Below are positions 37,091 to 52,343 of a stretch of DNA of 53,648 bases, piece after piece. The stretch is from Trichinella spiralis (taxonomy: Eukaryota), in assembly GCF_000181795.1 (NCBI RefSeq), contig NW_003526948.1, positions 711,935-765,582 on the forward strand, written 5' to 3'. The position numbers were made by a program, and so were the translations under genes. Every line of letters begins with the position of its first letter. Within the stretch, counting starts at the first letter, position 1. The notes beneath the pieces are model-generated. The model searched no databases, was not told the DNA's origin, and worked only from the letters and a program-made list of their open reading frames with translations.

Positions 37091-38141
37091 ATGCATTTGA
37101 TGAGAGTAGTCATTGTTTCTTTAATAATATATACTACAAGCTCACATAGCAATCGGACAAAAAGACAAAGCAGAGACTTATGGGGAAATCATGGAGTTTG
37201 GTCAGAAGTGGGTCTTCCGCGATTTTGGGAGAAACAAGGCCATGAATATTTTGGTGTTGTCATTCGTGGTTGGCAATACTCAAAATGCGGTGACGACTTT
37301 AAAAATTATTAATTCTTTCCTTCTTTTTTCAAACATTATCTGAAAATTATTACATTTCAGCATCAGAACGATGGCGAAATTATTCTGTTGATGTGAAAAA
37401 ATTAGTAATATGGCCAGAATTTCCTCGTTTTCCGGGTCCAATATTTTTCAATGCGACGGTTTCAGTATGTTAAATTAGATACCCAACAGTGTGCAAATTA
37501 GTGAGCTTTGTTATTAAAAAAAGGTTGATAAGCCGCTTCCATCGACTGGTATTGAGTTGGAGTTGGAACTTCGTCACGCTGTTCTCACGTCGAATGGGCA
37601 AAAATATTATGAAGTGATTCCATGTTATGGCTGGGATATGTTCACTGGTTGTGGTGGTATAGGCTCCTGGTAATTAACAAAAAATTTTTCAATATTTTAA
37701 AGTTTCAATATTTTTATAATTTAGCCGTTACTGTGATGTTCTCACACAGTGCAAAGAAGCAGTTAAAGTAGCGAAGAAATTTATAAAAAATGACGCTCTT
37801 CGTCAAGCTCTCGAAGAACCACAGAACATATGCCCACCTCCAAAAGGCGAGTGGACAATTACATTTAACATGGTTTTCCGTTTGAAGGATTTGCCAAACG
37901 GATTTTTTGGGCCATTACAGTCGGTATGCGACTACATAATTATTCATAGAAATATTGTTCATGTGTTATTGCTTTTTAGAATGAATATTGGCTAACTTTT
38001 ACATTTAACGATGCTCAAGGTCAGCCGCTAGCATGTGGCCGAATTTGGCTTGATGTTTGCAAGTATCGACTTAACGATCGAGAGCAAAGGTGCCTCAGAG
38101 ATGATTCAGTTTATTCCAAATTCATCTCTAGCCTTGGTTGA
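37091..38141 (+). CDS. Secreted GM2 ganglioside activator-like (ML domain) lipid-binding protein, 5 exons
   Basis: Hydrophobic N-terminus, then RTKR, then WQYSKC...KLVIWPEFPRFPGPIFFNATVSVDKPLPS..ELEL...VIPC.....CGGIGSCRYCDVL..C...CPPPKGEW...EYWL......LACGRI. The Cys and motif order follow GM2A (IPC..IGSC..FCDVL..CP..G). Confidence 0.75.
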
Positions 38142-38583
38142 ATGTCCAAAAGCGAATTGTTTAAATTTTAGTTGGTTATTTTTTTTTCTTTTTTGTTGAC
38201 TGCATTTCTTTCTTCATTGTTTATTTGTGCATAATAAATGATATTTCAAACGAAGCTGCTGCTTTTTCATTCATCTTTAGTACACCATTCGTTGGCGCGG
38301 TGAATTTTTTCCTTATTTAAGCAATGTTCATTGTTACGTTGAAGTGAACAATTGAGTAATTTTGCTTTTTATACAAATAAAAATCATTTTCTAAAATATG
38401 CTTTTAAAATGTAAGTTAGAATGATCATTTATGATTCATTCAGAATATTCAAGAAAAGAAAAGTTCATTTTTTTAAATCTAATGGGATTGCATTTTTAAA
38501 GGATTTTTTGAATTATTAACAAATATTCGCTCAGAAAAAAATCAGTTTTTTTAATAAGTTTATTACAGTTTAATCCTTTAAAG

Positions 38584-38867
38584 CAGTGGTTCCCAAAGTG
38601 GGGTTCATGGAGAAATTTTCAGATGTCCACTTCTTCATTTTATTTAATTTCAATTGAAATTGCTAAGAACTGTCTGACATAATGCGCGATGCTTCATTTA
38701 CACATTCAGTTCATTCTATCCAATACAACAACTACTCTGGTTTAAAGTCCGCTTACCGTAATCCCTCCTTTTCCCTGCACATCAAATGAACTGTAAGGGG
38801 TCCACGGTAACAGGAGGTTTACCGAGGGGGTCCATAGCCACATAGCTCTGAACTTTGGGAAACATAG
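38584..38867. mobile_element. Non-autonomous hAT (Charlie-type) DNA transposon / MITE, 284 bp, degenerate
   Basis: Left TIR CAGTGGTTCCCAAAGT and right end ACTTTGGGAAACATAG share the core TTCCCAAAGT in inverted orientation. The flanking 8-mers CTTTAAAG and CTCAAAAG (6/8 identical) look like a TSD. The interior has repeated GGGGTCCA motifs. Confidence 0.75.
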
Positions 38868-39506
38868 CTCAAAAGTAAGTTGAATTATGCAGAGCATTCA
38901 CATCAAATAACATGAAAATATTTTCAGTGAATTAAGAATACCATTATGAGAATTATGCATTGCTTTTACACTTGAGTCTATTAAATCACAAAATGATAAA
39001 ACTTTTTAGACGTAATACGCATTAAATAAGCCAGGAACAGAATTAGCTACATTATCTGCATATTCCACTTATGCATATCTAATTTTTTTAACTGTCTCAG
39101 AGGTTTTTTATCATTATGCAAATGCTTGTATTATTCTGTTTTCCCGCTTTTCAGAAATGCTTGTTTTATGTTTTTTTTTGTAATTTTTATTAATTTATTT
39201 TCAATAAACTAGTTGATCGTTGATATAAATATTAATGCTGAACGTTCGATTGTTGTTCTGATTTATTGTAATCAGTATACCGTTAATTGCGACACTGTGT
39301 TATGCTTTTCTTGACCAACTTTGGCTTGTTGTCAGACGAGTTGAAATATTTGCTTGATTTCGTTTTCAGTTGGCTTGTTTGAGTGATTTGTTAGTAATTA
39401 GTACAAGACCTACATTTGATGCAGTTTATTGTTTGAAGGACAGACAAAATAGTAGACGCTATTTTGCTGATCAACTAATGGTAATATTAATGAAAAACTT
39501 TGATAT

Positions 39507-40596
39507 TTAAAGTTTCTTCTTTCGGGATTTAGCTTGCGTTCTTGGTGGACATGGGCAATATTGGGCGTCATTGCCTGGATCACCAACAGGACCTGGAGGT
39601 CCATCACGACCAGGTCGTCCAGGATCACCTCTCTTGCCCGCTGGTCCCATTGGGCCCGTTTCACCAGTTTTGCCAGGAAGACCTGCCATTCCAGGGAATC
39701 CGTTTGGTCCGTTTGGTCCAGGCTCACCTCGCGGCCCTTTGTCACCAGGTGGTCCTTTACGACCTAATGTTCCATCTTTTCCAGGAGCACCCATTGGGCC
39801 CACTTTACCAGGAATACCTGGTTTTCCTGGAGGTCCAGGTTGTCCTTTGGGTCCTGGCTTTCCATCTGGTCCTGGTTTGCCGTGCAGACCTGGTGGTCCT
39901 TTGGGACCCTAAAAAATTAATGTCAACGGATATTTAAGCAATGATATTAAATCAAATCAAATCACGCACAGCAGCTCCGGGCTTGCCAGGCGCACCAATG
40001 GGTCCAGGTGGTCCGGGTGGGCAGTATCGGCATTTTCCATCAGGACTTACTGGAACTGGTGGAAAATTTCCGGGAAGACCAGGTATACCGGGCTCGCCAT
40101 CAAATCCAGTTTCACTGAAATCCGATATAATATCGCTCGAATTTTAGCAAATAGCACTTAAAATATATACCCATCGACGCCAGGCTCTCCTGGCAAACCA
40201 GGCGGACCTGGTGGGCATGGATTATCCTCTTCGCAGTCTAAATGTACAGTTGCAGAATAAAAGCTGAACACTTATATTTCATCGAAGCAAAGTTCTCTTA
40301 CTGCACAGGCCGCTGACTTGTCGAACAACACGATGCTTGGCATTTAACGACACAGCTCTGCCTCTGATTTCTAATTCCTTTAGAATATCTTCTGCAATTA
40401 TCTATAAAAAAAGAAATTTAAAACAAACATAAGAGTGCAATTTAAAAAGATATACATTGAATTCGTCCATATCGATTCGAATATCCATACGAACGCTGTC
40501 TAAACGTTGCATCAACATTGGTACAAATATCAGACAGCAAAATAGTGCGCCAATGCTGAAGAAAACGGCCGAAGCAGCCGCTACAGTCGACGACAT
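39507..40596 (-). CDS. Nematode cuticle collagen, multi-exon
   Basis: N-terminal cuticle domain [32 protein letters not shown], interrupted Gly-X-Y blocks, and C-terminal [10 protein letters not shown]. Confidence 0.95.
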
Positions 40597-42223
40597 TGCT
40601 TTGCACGAGCAGAAAGGGGAAAACAATCCACCAAGAAGCAGCAACTACTGAAAAGCAGGCAAAATGACGCTTTATATTTAACTGTTTAATACGCCCGTGG
40701 CAAGACAGAACAAGATATTTCTAAATCTTCATGGCCGTCCAAGTTGTTACAGTCTGTTTCTTTTGTAAAAATGGGTGCGGACGGTTGATTGACTGGTAAT
40801 CGACCAACGTGGAGATTTGTCTCCATGTCGCCCTGATTCGTTGATGGCCTTTTTGGACCGGTTATTATAAAGTTTTATAAAGGCTATTTTATCTGGAAAT
40901 TAATCGACTTTATTTGAAAGGTAAGTGAAATTTTGAAAAAAACAAGCCACTTGGACGATAATTTGATGAGAGAATGTTATGCTTGATGAATGGGAAAAAT
41001 GTCCACACGCATACTGTAGCAGCGTTTGAAAATAGGTCTTCTTTTTTTACTACTCGTTTGTAGCGTTTTAAATTTCTTTCAAAAGGAATTTCTGAGGAAT
41101 GTTGCTTTTTGTTAAAATTGTTGTTCACTACTTTTAGGTGTACTGTTGCATTTTTGAATTTATGTTTCAAAACTTATTTTTACTACTACATGCATCAGTG
41201 ATCATCAGCGGCATCAATCACTAGACATTTTTAAATCAAGAATCAAAATTATATTTGCCTAAATTAAAATTCTGCGATAATAATAATGATCAATAACAGA
41301 TGAAATAATCTTATTTATTAAATTATGATAAAGTTCAGTTATGGCGTAAAATGTAAATTTTGTTATCTGTGCATTTTCAGCAGAAACTAGTGATTCTATT
41401 AAAAGCTTATTTTATTCAATTGTCTGCATCAGCATTCAATTATATTTTTTATGGAAACATAGCGGAAATTAGAAGTGAACGTTTTGTCATTGTTATCAGA
41501 AAGCATACTTTATACTTTCTAGCAACTGTTGAAAACACAAAGCAGTTGTTCCAAGCAATCTACTATTTTGCATTCCAGTTTAGTAAGTTTTTATGAAGCA
41601 TTTGATGCATGTTGTTTTTTGAAGAAAATTTCGTCTTGCAATTAATCAATTTTGCATGAAAAATGTTAAATAATATTTATATATTCATTTCAAATAAATT
41701 TTTATGATGAATTGATTTTTTTTATCTCAACGGAAGTTTCAAGGCTAGTCAGCTAGCTAGCCAGTGCTTTTATTTTTCACTTTGATGTTCTGTTTTTCTC
41801 ATACTTGTGTTATTTTTTGGTTTTGTTATTATGGTTAATAATTGTGAAAGCACTGCAAACTTATTAATAATATGAATGGCTGAAAATATGGAATTAACAA
41901 TAACAAGAACCGAATTAACATTTTGAACAAACAAAATATTATTCACACCAATAGTAGCAGTTGCCGTAGCAAATTTTGCGATCGGGTTCTAGCTCAACCG
42001 TTTTTCATCAGTTTGATGAATTTCACTTTGTATTTATTCATCAAATTCTTCATAGCTATAATTCAAATGTCCGTTTGCGTTAGATGCAAGAGACATGTAT
42101 TTGCTTAAATATTCCTGTATTTTAAATTTATCCAAGAAGATTCACCATTTTATTTTTTTGAATAAAACAATGCTGCCAGAATGTTATAATAAAACTTTTT
42201 TTATTCTTCCCAGTAAAATTTCA

Positions 42224-43285
42224 TCATAACAGACAGCCACCGGCAGTTATTTTCGACACGCTTTTTCCAATGGAACAAAATGAGATGGGATGTTTAAATT
42301 TCGAAGACATGTAAGCCATGGTAAAAGTTTCTGAATTGTGGGCGTACAAAAATTCAGTTTTCGCGGGATAATCGTCGGATTCTACCAAACGTAATGCACA
42401 AATACAACCAATTAGCATACGATCTTTCGGTACATCAGCGAGCAATTTTGATTGAAGATATTTTTTCTCAATAACGTCAACTACAATTTCTACCGGACAT
42501 TTGTCTTTTTCTGGTTTCACCAAAGCTCGAGCAATTTTTTTCGCAATTTGCGTCTTTATTAAATATTCACCGCATCCACTACAACTAACCGTACAACAAC
42601 TCGACTGACTGAATGCTTCAGCCCAACAGCCACAACCGTACAACGCAGCCTGGCCAACTCGACCAGGTACTTTGAGCAATAAGCCTCCACTTGAACAAGA
42701 TGCAGCAGGTAGTAACCTGGAATCTAAACATATCGACCCTACGGTGTCAACGCGCTGATGGTGATAGTGTTTTGTACCACTGGCTACCAAATTTGAAAGA
42801 TTCCTGCGAAATGTTTGAACACTGTTTTCAACGATCATATCTTTAAAGTCCACAGTTTCCAAGCCAGCGGATTTGGCGTACTGCAATGCACCATCGCTTA
42901 CCAAAAGCATTGGTTGAATTAACTGTTCTCCATCTTGTTCATGATTCTGTGCATCTAATAAACTTTTAGCAAGTGAAATAGGATTTTTGACTCCTTGAAG
43001 TGCACCAACGCCTGCAAAATTCATCGTTTTGCCATCCATCAAACCTGCGTCACATTCTACCGTTTCATTCAATGTCAAATTAGAACCTAAACCAGCATTG
43101 GTCAATGGACAATTTTCTATAATTATGGTCGCCTGTGTGCAAGCATGCAATGATGATTTTCCTTTTTTCATCTCATTCAAAGCAACTTTACAGGCTTTTT
43201 GTAAACAGTGTAATATTTCATCACGCTGCTTTCTTGGGTAATATCCCGCTCCAGCGTGCACAGCTACGAACATATCGTTCATCAT
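42224..43285 (-). CDS. TASP1: Threonine aspartase 1 (Taspase1, type 2 asparaginase family), single exon, 353 aa
   Basis: FVAVHAGAG, TNAGLGSNL, VECDAGLMDG, autocleavage site D|TVG, SSGGLLLKVPGRVGQAALYGCGCWA, SGCGEYLIKT. Confidence 0.92.
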   Translation of the reverse strand: MMNDMFVAVHAGAGYYPRKQRDEILHCLQKACKVALNEMKKGKSSLHACTQATIIIENCPLTNAGLGSNLTLNETVECDAGLMDGKTMNFAGVGALQGVKNPISLAKSLLDAQNHEQDGEQLIQPMLLVSDGALQYAKSAGLETVDFKDMIVENSVQTFRRNLSNLVASGTKHYHHQRVDTVGSICLDSRLLPAASCSSGGLLLKVPGRVGQAALYGCGCWAEAFSQSSCCTVSCSGCGEYLIKTQIAKKIARALVKPEKDKCPVEIVVDVIEKKYLQSKLLADVPKDRMLIGCICALRLVESDDYPAKTEFLYAHNSETFTMAYMSSKFKHPISFCSIGKSVSKITAGGCLL

Positions 43286-44586
43286 CCTTTTATAACTCTT
43301 AAAAAAGCTTTAATTAATTTATAAATTGAAAAAATATGTTAAACTTAAATTAATCACTGTATTAAAACATAACATGAAATTACTCTTTATACAGCCTATT
43401 TTGGCGAAAACTGCTTTACTAGAAAAGTGAAAATTGAAAACGAAGTTATATTTAACTTATTAAATTTGGATGTAACATACTGTTAAGGACTCTAATTCAC
43501 TTCAACATCTAACGAACTGCCTAATAAACTATTCTATTCATTATAAAAATTATAGCATTCAATTTATATGCAAGTATATACTGTATATGCTTGCATACCA
43601 AGACGTCATAGCGTAATATAACGTAATGAAAATAAAATTATTTAATACATAAATAGACAATTGCGTTATCGAAAAAACATTATAAGCAATAACACTGTTT
43701 AATGCAAATTTGAGCAACATCTTTAGAGTACTACCGTAATATACCAACAACTTGAAATAAAGTTCGAATTAAAAATTTACAATGCTATCTTTTATAATAA
43801 CAGATACTCTCTGAAAATCATGCATCCTTTTATAGAAAAAATAATTGCATTCTAAAATCTCTAAATAATTCAATAATTCTAAAAAAAATAAAATTCTCAT
43901 TATGTAAATAAATAAATAAATAAACAAATATATATGTATATATATATTTTTTTATTAATATATGCGTATGCATATATTAAATGACAAGTAGAAGATAACA
44001 ATGAAAGTAAAAAATGTGATTTTCCTAAATCAAATGATGCTAGATATACTGTAACTTTTTTAAAATAAAAGTATAAAGAAGAAAAATAGATAAAAGAAAA
44101 TATAAAATATATTTATGACCGTAATTTTAATATTATTTTAAAATGCCATAAAAATATTCTACAGAATTTTACACGCAAGCACAAATTAGTCCAAACTTTT
44201 TTTGAATTCAGCTTTACATGCGAAATTTTATAATATTTTTATTAATAATATTAATTTTTTGCATTAATTATTTTATTATTGGTACCTATAAAAAATAAAA
44301 GTTACGCATTAAAGTGCATTCATTAATTTACTATTTACAATCAAAATAAACATTTTTTAAATGAAGAATTTTTTAAAAAAGAAAATTTAATTAAAATAAT
44401 ATTTTATTAAATAACTGTACTAAATTTAAACATGTAAATTTGATAGTGTGCTTGCTTGTCATTGACCTTGGTAAATGATTGTCAAGATGGTGACGTCACT
44501 CCAAATGTATAGTATCCCTTGGTCTTAAGTTATCATTGTTCGCATTTGCGTTGTCCGTTGTCTGTACGTATCGACTGTCATTCCTC

Positions 44587-48464
<3,878 letters not shown>

Positions 48465-49272
48465 ATTTGGAAGCAGAGCAAATGTTTTTCTAATTGAATG
48501 AAATAAATTATTTAATTTTATTCTCTCTATCCTATATTCAATTTTTTTTTAGTATTTATAACATTGGCAGTATTATATATATATATATTTATATTTATAT
48601 TTATATATTTATTTATTTATATTTATTGAAGTTTTTATGGCACCGCAGTGATGACATTTGCTCTGGATTGATGATTATTTGCAAATTTATTTAGCTAATA
48701 AATATTTTCACGGCACTGATTTTGCTTTTGTATTCTGAATTTTTGGCCACTGGCCGACCTAACAGGCTTTTTTTTTAAAATATCAGTCAAACAGTTTGCT
48801 TTTACTTTTTTACATAGGCTTTAAATTGAAAAGTAACGTGCAAGTTTTACATTGTCATCTGACAGAAAAGAAGAAAAGTGTGTAAGTTAATTGTGACTAC
48901 TTAGTGCATATTTTTAACTTTTGAGTTATGTAGTAGTTTCTGCGTTATTTTTTTTTAATTTTAAACAAGGTACTTTTTTGATTTACGAAGTATACGCAAA
49001 CGTATAACTATTTGTGTAATGGGGGGGAGGGGGGAGGAGTATGCAATTCTTTATGCAGTATGAAATTGAAAATCGTTGAACGTAAATGTACAAATGTCAT
49101 ATTGAGCGTTTGAATAATTCGAATTTTTAATTGAATGTTTTCAGTTTTTATAATAGCTATTGTTTAATGGCAGCAAATAGCGGATGTTCTGTGTTGCAAT
49201 ATTTTTTTCCTTTTCATATTGATGAAGAGGTTTTTTACATATTTTATACAGAATGCAGTATAATTTCGTGAA

Positions 49273-49689
49273 ATGAAAGCAGTAACAGCGGTGCAGCGTG
49301 GTGTCTGCGTTGGTGTAATAATTTTAAATAGAAAACGAACTGCTGCTTTTGGTTGTATGAACAATGCATGCCACTTTTACAGTGTGCAGACGAAAAATGC
49401 CAGCTACAGACGACCGATGCGTTTGAAAATGTACCACTTGTTAATACGTGTTCGGGACAAGATGAGATTGTTGAGGCGTTTTTCGTCTTTCATTTTCATC
49501 TGCACTTGTATAGTGATATTTTATTCGTCTTATTTTATCGCTGCTCGACTGATGTATCCGGACGAGCCTGCAAATTTGTACGAGTGGAACAAGCGAAAAG
49601 AAGCAGGGCAGCTAAGTGAAAGTTTGCTAGAGAAAGAACGACGTTTGCACATGTATTTTAAATGCAAAGTCGAAGGAAAGTTGGACTGA
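49273..49689 (+). CDS. Small hypothetical single-pass membrane protein (up to 138 aa; start uncertain)
   Basis: Raised GC content and an acceptor-like TTTTATACAG at 49250 just upstream of the ATG. Basic N-region, one hydrophobic segment (FIFICTCIVIFYSSYFIAA) and a charged C-terminal tail. Confidence 0.5.
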   Translation: MKAVTAVQRGVCVGVIILNRKRTAAFGCMNNACHFYSVQTKNASYRRPMRLKMYHLLIRVRDKMRLLRRFSSFIFICTCIVIFYSSYFIAARLMYPDEPANLYEWNKRKEAGQLSESLLEKERRLHMYFKCKVEGKLD

Positions 49690-50069
49690 TCGTTTGGAAT
49701 TGGAAAATAATTCTTTTGATCGGTTATGGGTTATTTGTTGGAAAACTGTACTCTTCATAACAAGTAAAAATTTACTACTACATGTTGAATATAATAACAT
49801 TATTACGGTTTCTCTTCTTTTGATAATTAATTGCTGTTGAAGTAGAATCATTTATTCAACGTAGCACTATTATTGTTAAACCTAGTTTGATAAATAAGAT
49901 CACTTAATTATGGGAAAATTATTTATCCGAAGCACGTATAAAATTTTCTTCATAATGCTCGAAGCGAGGTTTAAATGTTAAAATATTTTTAAGCTACTGT
50001 TTCTAATGTGCTGTTGTTGTAAAGAATACATGAGAAAGAAATGAAATGAAGCCTGTTAAAAATTAAAAA

Positions 50070-52021
50070 TTAATGCAGAGGTGGAAGCTTGCAATCTTCA
50101 CCAAGGATCAAATTTGTAAAATTGGCAAAGCGACCTTTGTAACGTAATTCGATGAAAATGTTGTTAGAAAAGGATTCACTTGGGCAATCCAGGCGTTGTC
50201 CAATTTTCTGTCCTTGGCGAATTGTCTGTTTTCCAGGTTCGATTGAAAATTTCGCATTGTAAATATGGGCCGTAAAATCTGCAATATTGTGGAAAAAATT
50301 ATTTTCTTTTAACTAATAATGAATTTCAAGCCAAATTCTTGCCTGTCCACTGACCAGCACCTAGAATGAATATACCATTGTTAGTGCATTGATAATCTTC
50401 GACACCATCGGCTAATGGCATAGGTCGGAAGCGTCCCAGAAAATGACCATCAATTGGAGCGTAAATATCAGGCAAACGGGATGACATTTCACCATTGTTA
50501 GTCAGTTCTTGAACAGCGTGGCATTTCAAAGTCCAGCCTTTGCCAAAACCACTGAAATGAACTACTGCTGTTAAATTTATCAAGAAAACCAAATTTCATT
50601 CTACCGCCTATTTTGATATGGTACAGAAGCTAATTTATTGCCAACGTTCGACTCACACACCTGCCCGGTGCACATGCCTGTTAAATTTATAAATTCAACG
50701 TAAGTAGACGTTTTTGATAAAACTATAAAATACTTACATTCCTTTAGATGATAAGTTGGATTCACTGGTTGACCTTGGAGGTAAAGTTGAAAAAGTATGT
50801 GTGGTTCAAAATGGCTGTCAGGGCGAGGCAAACAAGAAAGGGTCAAACTGTGCCCAATTATATCTCCTCGGTGCACCCTTCCACCGTAGCGTATGGGTTC
50901 AATGTAAGAAATAACTGCTATATAACCTGAAAATCGTTATTTTGATTTTTATTTTTTCGGTTTTTTGAATCAATGAAATTTTTATAAAATGAATCCTTTG
51001 TTTGATGAATGAAAATTTTTAAAGTCTTTTAACAACTATGAAAGTATCAGTTTAAAAAAAAACAAAGAAAATTTTAATGAACTTTTATTGTCGACAAGTT
51101 AGTTTTTTTTTCAAAATATGTTGACTTATTAGATCATATTTAACTTCATATTTATTTCATAAAACATTAAATAATTTAAGCCAAGTAAAGTTCTTTTATG
51201 TAAATCTTGGTTTTTATTTATTTTATATTATGTAGATTTCTGTACGGTTTCCTACAGACATTGTCATTTGCTAACAGTTCGAATTGTTGTGTATGGTCAT
51301 AAATGAAACTGTTTTTTTTAGATCAGATAAATTTCAACAAGAGTTCAAATCAGTTCTCATTACCTATCCATTGACCTTCTCCAGTTATACGAAGGCCATG
51401 ATCAATGCAAGAGTTGTCACGAAATGGTCGCTGGTAAGTTATAACACCATCAAATGGAGCATACACAGCACTGCTTGGTTGGCACAGAATGTCCACACCT
51501 TTTATATATCTTTCATCAAATCTGAAATTTAAATGTGATTTTAACTTTGTTTTACGTATAATTTTAAGACCGAAATTCTTATGATATTAGTAAACGGTGA
51601 TTTTTAGATGGCTATAATAATTGATTCATCAACCCAATGATAGTATTTTAACTTTTTCTTTGATGTCAAGAAGGTATTTATAAGTCGTTATATAAATTCT
51701 AAAGTTAAATTTTTGTATTGGAAATTTTAAATAGTTTATTACAAATAATTCTGATGTCAACTCAAATCAACAGATCCCATTTTTCATCTGCTTAAATATT
51801 TTAAGCTAAGAATTTATTTTAATTCAATTCAATTCAATGAAAAAGTGTGTGATGTTACCTTTTACCACCATATGAACCACAAGTGCTATCATAGTCTGGG
51901 CACCTTCTCAAGCTGTTATCTATGTTTCCCTCGCATATTACTGGTATGCAACCATGAGAGTGCACTGAAAAAACATGCTATGTGTATACATAGATTTATT
52001 CATATTTAAACTTTACAAAAC

Positions 52022-52078
<57 letters not shown>

Positions 52079-52343
52079 CAGTTTTATGCAGTTCATTTAA
52101 AAAGTATTATCATTTTTTGTTTTCATTTTTAGCATAATAATTTTTATACAATAATGCAATTTACAAATAGCAAAACATTGCAAAAAATAAAGTTTGATTT
52201 TGAATTCAATTTTATATTTAAAAATGTATTTATTAAATAATTTGAGAGCAGACTATAAATAAAGAAAAAGTGATTTGTTACTCACCATAATCAACACTAA
52301 TGATGAACAACATCAACTTATAAATTGTCGTTAATCTTTTCAT
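50070..52343 (-). CDS. lect-2: LECT-2/chondromodulin II-like secreted protein with two M23-like domains, 7 exons
   Basis: Signal exon MKRLTTIYKLMLFIISVDY. Domain 1: CIPVICEGN..RRCPD..CGSYG..KGVDILCQPSSAVYAPFDG..GLRITGEGQW..PVNPTYHL. Domain 2: DIYAPIDG..NNGIFILGAGQWTDFTAHIYN..FIELRYKG..PPLH*. Confidence 0.88.
52022..52076. repeat. (ACATAT)n hexanucleotide repeat in lect-2 intron 1
   Basis: About 9 tandem units. Confidence 0.92.

Noticed and set aside
39534..40147. Plus-strand Gly/Pro-rich ORFs
   Set aside because: Antisense shadows of the collagen Gly-X-Y repeats.
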